Below are positions 9,871-17,708 of a stretch of 24,154 nt of DNA, piece by piece. The notes under the pieces are model-generated. The model made no database searches. It was not told the DNA's origin and saw only the letters and a list, made by a program, of their open reading frames with translations. Position 1 is the first letter of the stretch. Each line of letters begins with the position of its first letter. The position numbers and the translations under genes are program-made. This DNA comes from a virus (Duplodnaviria; Heunggongvirae; Uroviricota; Caudoviricetes): IMG/VR virus record IMGVR_UViG_2684622510_000004. One strand, given 5' to 3'.

Positions 9871-9990
9871 GTCTTTTTCCCTTCTGGTTAACATGACATA
9901 CCAATAACTCTTGTCTAAAAAGCCAGCAAGATAAAAAGTCAGTATTCACGACCACCAGCGTGTTTACCGTACTGCTCTTGGTTTACAGGT

Positions 9991-10017
9991 ACAAAAAACC
10001 CGCTCGACGGCGGGTTT
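9991..10017 (-). terminator. rho-independent terminator (8-bp stem aaacccgc/gcgggttt followed by T-run on the minus strand)
   Basis: Stem 9996-10003 pairs with 10010-10017, loop tcgacg; A-run on the plus strand upstream gives a U-tail on the minus strand. Possibly the late-operon tR'-type terminator. Confidence 0.5.
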
Positions 10018-10062
10018 AAGCTGTGTGGCGAAGTAACCACTCTTAACACGATACAATTTTTT

Positions 10063-10091
10063 TTGCGTACGCGTTAGTTTTTTATTATTTT
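10063..10091 (+). promoter_or_regulatory. candidate sigma70 promoter for the moron operon (-35 TTGCGT, 17-bp spacer, -10 TATTTT)
   Basis: Hexamers read directly in the AT-rich region about 45 nt upstream of ATG 10136; not validated. Confidence 0.3.
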
Positions 10092-10135
10092 ACTTTTTGA
10101 TACTATCGGCGTGGTTACAAACAAGGAGAACAGCA

Positions 10136-10399
10136 ATGAGTAACTACTTGGAAGTTAAGAGAAAAATTGGTCAATATGCATGTGTTACTCGGTGGGGTTT
10201 CCCCTGTGCCGAGCGTGAAATCACTTTGATACAAAATGACATTAACTCCGCGATTCAAAGTGGTAAAGTTATAAGTCGTAGCATGCTCCAAGGCATTATC
10301 AGCCGTCATGTTCCCAATACCCATTTCTTAATCACCGACAGTGTCGACAACTCTGATCTTAACACTGCATTAAGAATGCTGGCGCCAAAACAAAAATGA
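10136..10399 (+). CDS. hypothetical 87-aa protein (moron gene 1)
   Basis: AAGGAGAA RBS 5 nt upstream of ATG 10136. Stop overlaps the next start (ATGA at 10396-10399). AT-rich; no family recognised. Confidence 0.5.
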   Translation: MSNYLEVKRKIGQYACVTRWGFPCAEREITLIQNDINSAIQSGKVISRSMLQGIISRHVPNTHFLITDSVDNSDLNTALRMLAPKQK

Positions 10400-11136
10400 A
10401 TAATGATGTGTTTCAGATCAGCCCCGACGAAGTAACGTCGGAGCTGATTTCTGCAAAGGAAAGATTTTTACGTGGTATTCAGCCATACTTGTGTAATGGT
10501 ATATCAAACCTTGCTGACCTACATGAAATTCAGCAGCACGCTTCAAAATATTTTAATACCGCTGTTAAATTAGTTCAAAAAGTAGATTTATGTAAACTGG
10601 ATGACAATAAGACATTTGCCATTTCCTTAGTTGGAGACTGTCGAGCGGTTCTGGAAACTTATTTAGAATACTACGACATGATGGTGTCAAACATTAAATG
10701 CCTAGAAATTGATCCAAACAATATTGTACTGTATAGCAAAGATGGTCTATCAAACCTCCAAAGAATCATTAAAAAGTATTCATCAAAAGATATTTACACA
10801 CCTATTATTGCTGAATTTGAGTCTCGAAATTTGCCAATCGATGGATTTACTATAGGTACACCAATGAATTGGAAATTAATTGTCACTGCCATTATTGGAT
10901 TTTTAAGTTTTTGTATTTTTTTATCAATTACGCTGCTAATACCAGATTTGAATGAATTTCAAAAGAAAATGATTTTCTCTTTATATTTCATGAGTGCGGC
11001 CGTTGGAATCTCGCCATTCATTGCAAATAATATAAAGGTCAATGGGAAGATGGCATTTCGTGGTTCGGAATTCAAAGTATCTGCTGTTGGTGGTTTAGCA
11101 GCATTGATTGTTTCTTTCATCATCCAAGTAATTTAG
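10396..11136 (+). CDS. hypothetical membrane protein, ~160-aa soluble N-domain plus three predicted C-terminal TM helices (moron gene 2)
   Basis: Translationally coupled to gene 1. Hydrophobic stretches WKLIVTAIIGFLSFCIFLSITLLI, MIFSLYFMSAAVGISPFIA and VSAVGGLAALIVSFIIQVI. AT-rich; followed by a hairpin terminator. Confidence 0.55.
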   Translation: MNNDVFQISPDEVTSELISAKERFLRGIQPYLCNGISNLADLHEIQQHASKYFNTAVKLVQKVDLCKLDDNKTFAISLVGDCRAVLETYLEYYDMMVSNIKCLEIDPNNIVLYSKDGLSNLQRIIKKYSSKDIYTPIIAEFESRNLPIDGFTIGTPMNWKLIVTAIIGFLSFCIFLSITLLIPDLNEFQKKMIFSLYFMSAAVGISPFIANNIKVNGKMAFRGSEFKVSAVGGLAALIVSFIIQVI

Positions 11137-11137
11137 C

Positions 11138-11159
11138 AAAGAGGCCCTAAGGCCTCTTA
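11138..11159. terminator. hairpin (aagaggcc-ctaa-ggcctctt) between the convergent moron operon and Q
   Basis: Perfect 8-bp inverted repeat read directly between the stop at 11136 and the Q stop at 11163; could act bidirectionally. Confidence 0.4.
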
Positions 11160-11162
11160 TAA

Positions 11163-11504
11163 TCATAGCATTGATAGCACACCACTAACAAAACCTAATG
11201 CTGTTTGCATATCTTTTCTAATTGTCCCATCAGAACACTTACGCTTCTTCGCAATGGTGCGTAATGAAATACCAATAACAAAGTGGGCAATAATTAACTC
11301 ATATTCTTCTTGTTTATATTTACGTAACCGTGCGACACAACCGTCTATCATGATCCCTTCATCATCATCACACTGGAGACGTGTTTTTTTACCATGAGGT
11401 AAAAGCCCCTTGAAGCCTGCTGCTATCGGCTGCCAATCCACACTACTGTTATCTGCTGCAGCCCATGCTCCCCAGCGGTCCAAAACTTCATACATGTCAC
11501 GCAT
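11163..11504 (-). CDS. late-gene antiterminator Q (QuuD/Phage_antitermQ-like)
   Basis: Product MRDMYEVLDRWGAWAAADNSSVDWQPIAAGFKGLL...QCDDD...C resembles the small Q proteins of DLP12/P22 type as I recall them. GGAG RBS upstream of ATG 11504. Position upstream of the lysis genes fits. Confidence 0.6.
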   Translation of the reverse strand: MRDMYEVLDRWGAWAAADNSSVDWQPIAAGFKGLLPHGKKTRLQCDDDEGIMIDGCVARLRKYKQEEYELIIAHFVIGISLRTIAKKRKCSDGTIRKDMQTALGFVSGVLSML

Positions 11505-11521
11505 CAACTTTCTCCACAAAA

Positions 11522-12517
11522 TCAGGCCAGCACGCCAATTGCCAGCGCACGATCGATAAAACGAAATATCAACTCCAGCTGGGAGCCATACTTCTCTTCA
11601 AATGCCACGGTATCCGCATGCAGCTCGTCGTGATGCTTTCTGCACAAAGGCAACACAAAGAGGTCATGTGCTTTTGTACCCATTCCACCCTGACCGTGGC
11701 CTATCAGGTGGTGGGGATCATCAGCAGGCTTTCCACAACATGCACACGGCTGAGTCTTAACCCAGCGCGTGTACTTTTCATTAACCCAACGGCGACGTTT
11801 GGGGCGTAACATAAAAGACTCCGGCGACTCCGGATCCACTTCCAGCGCCAGCACCTTTTTCGCTTTATCCTGGATGATGCTGGTGGCAGGAACCGAAGGA
11901 ACAAGGTCACTTTCCCGGGTGACAGACGGCAGAACAGGCTTCGGTAATCTCAGTGCCTTACGGGCTGCACTTTCCGGTAAGGCATCCGCCAGGTCATTAC
12001 GAACCAGCCACCAGCACAGTTCCGGCATTGTCACAACGTGACTATCATCAAAACCGAGATCACGGCGCACAACAGATAAAACCCAGCGGGCACAGTTATC
12101 CGTTGCCATTGATTCCAGCCGTTCCGTGAACTGGTCACGCAACTGGTTATCGCAGTGCCAGCACAGACGGATTGCGCCCGGCGCATGGCGCGTTGTGGTC
12201 ATGTTTTCGCTGTGCCAGTCGGAGTGAGGCCACTGACAGCCTTTTTCACGAAGTAACCAGCTTTCAAGACATTCCACGCCACCAGCACGACGGATCACTG
12301 CCTCATTGCGGAACACGGCCCGAACGGCAGGATCATCCGCCAGCGGTTGTGATGCTGCCGGAACGGCACCACTGGCGAAACATGAATAACGTTCCGGCTC
12401 AGGCTCCAGCAGGACACGCCCCTGCATAAACAGGGGCATCAGCTCTGAACCTGGTCTGAACAATACGATCCCCATACGCGGGGCAATTTCAGGGGTCAGT
12501 AGTGCTCTCACGGTCAC
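11522..12517 (-). CDS. DUF968-like nin-region protein with C-terminal Cys/His (HNH-like) motif
   Basis: 331 aa (GTG start); C-terminus ...CACCGKPADDPHHLIGHGQGG...LCRKHHDELH. Family assignment from memory. Confidence 0.45.
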   Translation of the reverse strand: MTVRALLTPEIAPRMGIVLFRPGSELMPLFMQGRVLLEPEPERYSCFASGAVPAASQPLADDPAVRAVFRNEAVIRRAGGVECLESWLLREKGCQWPHSDWHSENMTTTRHAPGAIRLCWHCDNQLRDQFTERLESMATDNCARWVLSVVRRDLGFDDSHVVTMPELCWWLVRNDLADALPESAARKALRLPKPVLPSVTRESDLVPSVPATSIIQDKAKKVLALEVDPESPESFMLRPKRRRWVNEKYTRWVKTQPCACCGKPADDPHHLIGHGQGGMGTKAHDLFVLPLCRKHHDELHADTVAFEEKYGSQLELIFRFIDRALAIGVLA

Positions 12518-12518
12518 C

Positions 12519-13316
12519 TCAATGAACGGTATCGAGCAGCTTTAACAGCTCAGGGAATCGGGATTCGAAGAAATGCGGCTGCGTCTCGCGCGGATTTGCG
12601 GGACTGGTGATGTTCTTGCCGAACATGCAGCCTTTCGCTGTCAGCGACCAGAATTTTTTGATGTTGTTAATCGCGGTACGGCTGTATCGTTCGCGTTGTT
12701 CAACGATCCCCAGCTTCACCATCTGGTGATATGCCTGATTAGCCGTCAGGCGGATACCATACTGCTTCAGCAGTGCACTCAGCGACAGCGTGGGGCGACT
12801 TGAGCCATCGTGTGCATCAGCAGGAGCATCAATGGCATAGCGCGGTGCCAGATTCGGTAAGCCAACAGCCTCCTGGAGTTTCTGACAGGCCCCAAGCACA
12901 GATGAGTTAGACAGGTTTAACTCCCGACGCATAAAGTCCAGCAGAATCACTCCAGCCTGCATCTTGTCAGCAGCCTGTCCGGATAATTTTTCCGGTGCGC
13001 TGGTTACCATGTCGAAAGTACGGATCACCTTCAGATGGAATGACGGGCTGATCCACATTGCATAGGCATACACCAGTTCCTTACAGACATACGTCCCCTG
13101 ATTATTTCCGCCGCGAATAACGTTAACTGGCTCTATATTGACCGAGTTGCAAATCTGCAACTCGCTTATTAAACGTTCAGTTTGCTCATTGCGGAGCCAG
13201 AATGCAGGCTTATGCTTATCCAGAGAACCGGCAGCCCTGTGCAGATCGTTCAGGCTGTAACGCCCATAAGCATCACGACGAACTTCAATACCATCAATGA
13301 CCATCAGATTATTCAT
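12519..13316 (-). CDS. KilA-N domain protein
   Basis: N-terminal MNNLMVIDGIEVRRDAYGRYSLNDLHRAAG...KPAFWLRNEQTERLI...GGNNQGTYVCKELVYAYAMWISPSFHLKVI is a typical KilA-N fold sequence. GAGGAG RBS upstream of ATG 13316. Confidence 0.6.
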   Translation of the reverse strand: MNNLMVIDGIEVRRDAYGRYSLNDLHRAAGSLDKHKPAFWLRNEQTERLISELQICNSVNIEPVNVIRGGNNQGTYVCKELVYAYAMWISPSFHLKVIRTFDMVTSAPEKLSGQAADKMQAGVILLDFMRRELNLSNSSVLGACQKLQEAVGLPNLAPRYAIDAPADAHDGSSRPTLSLSALLKQYGIRLTANQAYHQMVKLGIVEQRERYSRTAINNIKKFWSLTAKGCMFGKNITSPANPRETQPHFFESRFPELLKLLDTVH

Positions 13317-13335
13317 ACTTCGTTTCTCCTCTTGA

Positions 13336-13725
13336 TCAGGCGGCTGCACCCGCCGTTTTCTCGTACTTACTGATAGTGATCTCGACCTTCCCTTCCGGGA
13401 TAACCGGTCCCCACTCCACCAACATTCTTTTCACCTGGCTGTCGTCTTCCCACACACCCGCGTGGGTCAGGGCGTCAAACAGCGCCTTGTTATAGTTGTC
13501 CAGATCGCGGATCCGGTTATCCGGAGGAAACAACACGATCTCCACTGAAGCAGGTGCCGACGTTGGTTTCGGCAGACGACGTAACTGCTCAACTATTGCT
13601 GCACACGCCGCGCTCTGGAATTTTCGCCCCGCCGCGCTTATCAGGCTCTTACCAGCAAACGCCCCTTTGTTGGGGTGTCGCCAGTACGTGTTCACGCTGG
13701 GCGGAAAAGGCAGGATCAGCTTCAT
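13336..13725 (-). CDS. rusA: RusA-family Holliday junction resolvase
   Basis: 129 aa with the conserved RDLDN and ALFDALTHAGVWEDDSQV motifs. Confidence 0.8.
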   Translation of the reverse strand: MKLILPFPPSVNTYWRHPNKGAFAGKSLISAAGRKFQSAACAAIVEQLRRLPKPTSAPASVEIVLFPPDNRIRDLDNYNKALFDALTHAGVWEDDSQVKRMLVEWGPVIPEGKVEITISKYEKTAGAAA

Positions 13726-14048
13726 ACTTTCAGGCCCCTCTCATGTAACCAGTAGGTTGCACGCAGCCTTGCGTTTTCCTCACCGGCAAGCAGTGCGCGG
13801 ATAATCCCGACCGCCTCGCTGTCGTCGTCCTTCACCGCAGTATGAAGCGTTATCCCCCGGGCCACGCCACGCTTTATCGTGATGACGCCTTTTTTCTCCA
13901 GTGCGCGAAGATGCTCTACCGCTGCATTCACTGAACGGTATCCCAGCATGGTTGCCACCTCCTGATTGGTTGGCGGAAAGCCACGCTCTTTCTGATAAGA
14001 AATCAGCATATCCAGCACCTGCTGCTGGCATTGAGTTAACGTCGTCAT
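13722..14048 (-). CDS. LexA N-terminal-domain-like winged-helix DNA-binding protein (no peptidase domain)
   Basis: Product MTTLTQCQQQVLDMLISYQKERGFPPTNQEVATMLGYRSVNAAVEHLRALEKKGVITI...GITL parallels the LexA DNA-binding domain. Start overlaps the upstream stop (TAATG). Confidence 0.5.
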   Translation of the reverse strand: MTTLTQCQQQVLDMLISYQKERGFPPTNQEVATMLGYRSVNAAVEHLRALEKKGVITIKRGVARGITLHTAVKDDDSEAVGIIRALLAGEENARLRATYWLHERGLKV

Positions 14049-14536
14049 TACGCCCCCACGTAATTCCCTGACAGATACCACTCATCACCCGATACAGCGC
14101 GCTTGCTGCTTTTCCGTAAACACTGCTCACGACGCGCCAGAAAATTGTTTCGTTCTGGCTGGGAGTGGCTTTCACGGAATGCCGCCATCCACACCGTTGC
14201 AGCACGACGGTATAAGCCCCTGGACTCCAGTTTTTCAGCCTGGCGGGTCAGGCACAAAATCACCCGGGGATCGTTAGTGCCGACATAGAAATTGCGCACA
14301 GATCTGGTTTCTCGAACTGGTTGTGGTTCCAGTTCCTGCGCTCTCTCAGTCAGGCGCGGGAAATGTCTGCGTGTATCCCCTTCACAACGGTGAGCCACAC
14401 GCCCACTCTGACGTAACTTGCTTGCTGACTGCAGAACGCGCTGCCGTGAGTAACCAGCAAAAGCATCCGCAATGTCTCCGGAAGTACACCCCGGATGGGC
14501 TTCAATGAATTTCTGAACGTCATTCAAAAGACTCAT
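14048..14536 (-). CDS. PerC-family (Pch-like) putative transcriptional activator
   Basis: C-terminal motif AEKLESRGLYRRAATVWMAAF...ARREQCL matches the PerC hallmark (LE.KGLYRRAA..W) as I recall it; the N-terminal ~60 aa look like a winged helix. Confidence 0.45.
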   Translation of the reverse strand: MSLLNDVQKFIEAHPGCTSGDIADAFAGYSRQRVLQSASKLRQSGRVAHRCEGDTRRHFPRLTERAQELEPQPVRETRSVRNFYVGTNDPRVILCLTRQAEKLESRGLYRRAATVWMAAFRESHSQPERNNFLARREQCLRKSSKRAVSGDEWYLSGNYVGA

Positions 14537-14538
14537 GA

Positions 14539-15480
14539 TCACCCCCTGAATCCTGCCGGGATCTGGCTGTAGTCCACGTTGTCGTAACTGGATTTGAAGT
14601 ACGGGTCTTCGCGTTTTTCGGTGTACGTGCTTACGGACGGCGATAAGCGCAGGGAAAGCTCATCCCATTTTTCCCGCAGCTTCGACGGGCTGAGCACGTT
14701 ACGGCACCAGAACGGATCGCGGCTGACGCGGCTGTACATCTCGCAGATTTGTTTGTGAGTACGACCATCCTGCACACACATCAGGCGAATTTCGTTTGCC
14801 CAGGCTGTCCAGTTCGGTTCTTTGGGACGAACCACCTCGCCGTCACATTCGGCAGCCTGCTCGTACAGGGCGATGATTTTTTTCCAGAGCCACTGTGCGC
14901 AGGTCAAATCATCCTGCGTCCCCCACTGGCGCTTTTTAGGGCTGAATACAACCGCATCAGGATGGCGAGTTAAAAAATCCTGTTCATCCATCTGCGTGTC
15001 CGGTTGCGAAGCGTCCGGACGAGAGGGTTTTTTATCTGACGGATCATGTTTTGATTTTACTGACGGATCCCCGCCAGATTCTGACGGGTGAAAACCCGCT
15101 TTTTTGCCAGATTTCGACGCATCAAATTTTGACGGGTCAGATTTTGATGCGTCAGATTTTGACGGGTCAGAATCTGACAGTTGAGAAAATGCCGCTGCCT
15201 GAAGCTTCGCAACGTTAAGCTGATAAACATTCGACGCATTGCGGTTACCCTGGCGACGCGCCTTACGAGTTAACCAGCCTTCTGCTTCCAGCCGTGCGAT
15301 AGCCGTTCTGACGGTGCTCATCCCCGCGCCAATCTGGCGGGCAATGGTTTCAATTGATGGCCAGCACACACCTTCGTCATTACTGAAATCAGCCAGGCGG
15401 GCCATAATTGCCACGCTGGATAACTTCATGCCTGACGCAGCGCAACCATCCCATACATAGCCGGTTAATTTAGTGCTCAT
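14539..15480 (-). CDS. replication initiator: N-terminal HTH domain, iteron-encoded repeat linker, C-terminal DnaT-like domain
   Basis: N-terminus ...SVAIMARLADFSNDEGVCWPSIETIARQIGAGMSTVRTAIARLEAEGWL. C-terminus ends ...YSQIPAGFRG, like E. coli DnaT (...SQIPPGFRG). Central DPSKSDASKSDPSKFD repeats correspond to the DNA iterons. Confidence 0.7.
   Translation of the reverse strand: MSTKLTGYVWDGCAASGMKLSSVAIMARLADFSNDEGVCWPSIETIARQIGAGMSTVRTAIARLEAEGWLTRKARRQGNRNASNVYQLNVAKLQAAAFSQLSDSDPSKSDASKSDPSKFDASKSGKKAGFHPSESGGDPSVKSKHDPSDKKPSRPDASQPDTQMDEQDFLTRHPDAVVFSPKKRQWGTQDDLTCAQWLWKKIIALYEQAAECDGEVVRPKEPNWTAWANEIRLMCVQDGRTHKQICEMYSRVSRDPFWCRNVLSPSKLREKWDELSLRLSPSVSTYTEKREDPYFKSSYDNVDYSQIPAGFRG
15034..15185. 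repeat. iteron array (putative prophage replication origin) inside the initiator gene
   Basis: About 8 copies of (a)ttttGACGGgtcag-like units, the last four at a strict 15-bp period (15126, 15141, 15156, 15171). Analogous to the lambda ori inside gene O. Confidence 0.6.
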
Positions 15481-15489
15481 GACCGACCT

Positions 15490-15828
15490 CTATTTCCCTG
15501 AATTTACGACGAAACTGTTCGAGCGGGCTGAAGCACTCATGCTCATAGCCTTCGCGGAGGTAGATAACCCGTTGTGTTTCCGGCTCCCAACGAATGACTC
15601 TGACGGGCACTCCGTAGTGATCTTTGAACCAGCGGTTAACTTGTCGCAAAGGACTGTCTCCTTTTGCCGGTTGAAATCGCCCACAGCCCACTCTGCAAAG
15701 CTGTGGGTTACAATTTCCCTGTCACCTGGTACATTCACTGCATAGCAATACTCCACCTTCGCTTTTCCACCCGGTACAGGAAGTGCAATCAGTTGCGAGC
15801 GACGGTAGTGTGTTGTTAAACTGTTCAT
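15490..15828 (-). CDS. hypothetical protein (frame choice uncertain)
   Basis: ATG 15828 with GGAGAAA RBS, overlapping the upstream stop (ATGA), supports this frame. The product is low-complexity at its C-terminus, and the alternative frame (15470-15691) gives a more protein-like sequence, so a frameshift is possible. Confidence 0.3.
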   Translation of the reverse strand: MNSLTTHYRRSQLIALPVPGGKAKVEYCYAVNVPGDREIVTHSFAEWAVGDFNRQKETVLCDKLTAGSKITTECPSESFVGSRKHNGLSTSAKAMSMSASARSNSFVVNSGK

Positions 15829-16376
15829 GCGTTAGTTTCTCCACAGTCACGACACGCCACGGCGCCCGGAGCTGCACACTCGCGGGCGTCATTACTTTCT
15901 GAAATGCAAAAAATTTTGTAGACCAGTGCTGCATGCTCCTGCAGCTTCGAAATTGAGAGGTACAGCTCGTCATTAATTGCTGTCTTCTCATGCGGTTCCA
16001 CTACACCGTCTTCGATTGCTGAACGAATCTGTTTTGAATAACTGCCGATCTGTTCAATGACTTCCAGCAGACGCTGGTTAATATCGGCGTTGTCCACATC
16101 CTCGACGTCAGGAAGAGACACAAAGACGCCATTTGCAGACTGCGCCACAGCATCAGCAATGAAGTGAGTTCCACCAGCACGTTGCAAAATCATTGCCCAT
16201 CCCAGCGGGAAAATCTGATCGCCATCGGCACGAAGGCGGTTAAATAATGCGTTCTCTGTTACATCCAGCCAGTCAGCAGCTTCAGCGTAACCCCCCGGTA
16301 ACGCTGCGATAGTTTTTCTGACAGCTTTCACGTACCACTCAGGCTGTTTGTCTACTTTCCAGTGATGCTTACCCAC
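15825..16376 (-). CDS. CII-like regulatory protein (phage 186 CII / CP76-family-like)
   Basis: 183 aa, GTG start with a strong GGAGGTG RBS. Position immediately after cro and overall resemblance to the 186-type CII family; assignment tentative. Confidence 0.4.
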   Translation of the reverse strand: MGKHHWKVDKQPEWYVKAVRKTIAALPGGYAEAADWLDVTENALFNRLRADGDQIFPLGWAMILQRAGGTHFIADAVAQSANGVFVSLPDVEDVDNADINQRLLEVIEQIGSYSKQIRSAIEDGVVEPHEKTAINDELYLSISKLQEHAALVYKIFCISESNDARECAAPGAVACRDCGETNA

Positions 16377-16629
16377 GGTTCACCTCCTGTTCCTGTGGTT
16401 TAAACCCATTCTGGTTTTGGCTAGATTGAAAACGTGCCGGATAAAGAATCTGCATTTCGCTGATTTCACCCTTAAAAAAATTGGCTAAACGTTCTGCAAG
16501 CTCGATAGATGGAATCTGTTCCAGCCTCTCAATACGACTCAACGTCGCTGGATTGACTTGAACACCCGCAGCAACATGCTGCAAAGTGAAACCATGCGCC
16601 TTACGCACATTTCGTAATTGTGATTGCAT
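16369..16629 (-). CDS. cro: Cro-like HTH (XRE-family) repressor
   Basis: 86 aa with an HTH (GFTLQHVAAGVQVNPATLSRIER). GGAGG RBS; divergent from cI across an operator region. Confidence 0.7.
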   Translation of the reverse strand: MQSQLRNVRKAHGFTLQHVAAGVQVNPATLSRIERLEQIPSIELAERLANFFKGEISEMQILYPARFQSSQNQNGFKPQEQEVNRG

Positions 16630-16726
16630 ATAACCTCCAAATATTGCGCGTTATGCATGTTATTTCACGCAAGTATTTTGCGCAAGTTGATTTGCTTATC
16701 ACGCAATAAAGAAATGTAATAAACGC
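16630..16726. promoter_or_regulatory. OR region: divergent PR/PRM promoters with TTGCG/CGCAA operator half-sites
   Basis: Plus strand (cI): -35 TTGCTT 16692-16697, 17-bp spacer, -10 TGTAAT 16715-16720, leaderless at ATG 16727. Minus strand (cro): -35 TTGCGC (plus-strand 16680-16685), 17-bp spacer, -10 TAACAT (16657-16662). Operator-like TTGCTTATCACGCAA at 16692-16706, plus further ACGCAA/TTGCG half-sites. Confidence 0.5.
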
Positions 16727-17419
16727 ATGAACATAGGAAACCGAGTCAGACAACTTCGCCAAGCGAAGAACATGAAAATCGCCGATCTCGCTGAAGCAAT
16801 AGGAGTAGATGCGGCGAACATCTCGCGCTTAGAAACGGGTAAGCAGAAACAATTTACCGAACAAACACTGAGTAATATTGCCAAGAGCTTAGGTGTTGAT
16901 ATTGCTGATCTCTTTACCTCTGCCCTCAAAAGTAATACTGTATATAAAAACAGTAATAATGAGGATGTTGCGCAGGTGAAGGATGTGTTCCGTATTGAAA
17001 TGCTGGATATCAGTGCCAGTGCGGGAAATGGCCTTATCCAGGGCGGTGATGTCATTGATGTGATTCATGCCATCGAATACAGAACTGATAATGCTGTATC
17101 AATGTTCGGCGGACGACCAGCCAATCACATCAAAGTTATCAACGTTCGTGGGGACAGTATGTGTCCAACCATTGAGCCAGGAGATCTCATCTTCGTTGAT
17201 GTCAGCATCAATCAGTTTGATGGTGATGGTATATATGTCTTTGGTTTTGATGACAAAATATACGTTAAAAGACTTCAAATGATTCCTGACAAACTGCTGG
17301 TGATTTCTGATAACCAGATTTACCGTGAATGGGGAATTACTAGCGAAAACGAACACCGATTCATGGTCTTTGGAAAGGTCTTAATCAGTCAGTCGCAAAC
17401 CCTTAAGAGACATAATTAA
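16727..17419 (+). CDS. cI: CI-type prophage repressor (N-terminal HTH_XRE, C-terminal S24 LexA-like autopeptidase)
   Basis: 230 aa; HTH IADLAEAIGVDAANISRLETGK; C-terminal peptidase domain with GDSMCPTI (Ser) and VKRL (Lys). No SD before the ATG, consistent with a leaderless PRM-type transcript. Confidence 0.85.
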   Translation: MNIGNRVRQLRQAKNMKIADLAEAIGVDAANISRLETGKQKQFTEQTLSNIAKSLGVDIADLFTSALKSNTVYKNSNNEDVAQVKDVFRIEMLDISASAGNGLIQGGDVIDVIHAIEYRTDNAVSMFGGRPANHIKVINVRGDSMCPTIEPGDLIFVDVSINQFDGDGIYVFGFDDKIYVKRLQMIPDKLLVISDNQIYREWGITSENEHRFMVFGKVLISQSQTLKRHN

Positions 17420-17438
17420 CTTCAATATCCCATCCATC

Positions 17439-17461
17439 GGCCACCGAAAGGTGGCTTTTTA
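17439..17461 (+). terminator. rho-independent terminator after cI (ggccacc-gaaa-ggtggc followed by TTTTT)
   Basis: Read directly, 20 nt after the cI stop. Confidence 0.6.
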
Positions 17462-17473
17462 TCACCCATCATT

Positions 17474-17525
17474 TTGCACATCTCGCAAAATATCACTTGC
17501 GCATCTCGCATTTTAATTTTATCTT
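17474..17525 (+). promoter_or_regulatory. OL/pL candidate: two 15-bp operator-like sites and a rightward promoter
   Basis: TTGCACATCTCGCAA (17474-17488) and TTGCGCATCTCGCAT (17497-17511) share the TTGC-N6-CGCAA form of the OR site. Candidate -35 TTGCGC 17497-17502, 17-bp spacer, -10 TATCTT 17520-17525. Confidence 0.4.
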
Positions 17526-17684
17526 TTGTTCCAGACCAACTACAGGATTACAACAAAATCTGGTTGCAACACGGTGCATGGTGCATGTGTCGTAAGCGGT
17601 CAGTAAATGTCAAAAACGAACAGTCAGGACGACCAAGAAGTAGCCGCCTTGGGCATATGAAGTCCAAGATGATTCGTTAGCAAC

Positions 17685-17708
17685 AAAAAAGCGCCCTATA
17701 GGACGCTT
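17685..17708 (-). terminator. terminator-like hairpin downstream of the antisense gene (gcgccc-tata-ggacgc, U-run on the minus strand)
   Basis: Imperfect stem with an A6 run on the plus strand at 17685-17690. Confidence 0.35.

Noticed and set aside
10018-10135. Search for a Q-dependent late promoter (pR') on the minus strand between the moron operon and the terminator at 9991-10017
   Set aside because: No hexamer pair with acceptable spacing was found (TTGTTT/TAGTAT has a 13-bp spacer; TTGTAA/TAAAAT has 22). The late promoter is therefore not placed, and Q function remains unconfirmed.
15034-15185. Possibility that the regular 15-bp repeats form a CRISPR array
   Set aside because: The repeats are contiguous with no unique spacers, lie inside a replication initiator gene and encode its repeat linker. 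They are origin iterons, not CRISPR. No CRISPR array or cas gene is present anywhere in the window.
15470-15691. 73-aa ORF in an alternative frame overlapping the 15490-15828 gene
   Set aside because: It lacks a convincing start or RBS, whereas the 15490-15828 frame is translationally coupled to the upstream gene. It is retained only as a possible frameshift indicator.
17474-17680. 68-aa ORF overlapping the OL/pL region, including an arginine-rich 31-codon ATG ORF at ~17578-17673
   Set aside because: It uses a TTG start inside the operator sites and has no RBS; the short ATG version is too small and lacks an N-type arginine-rich motif. More likely this is untranslated leader.
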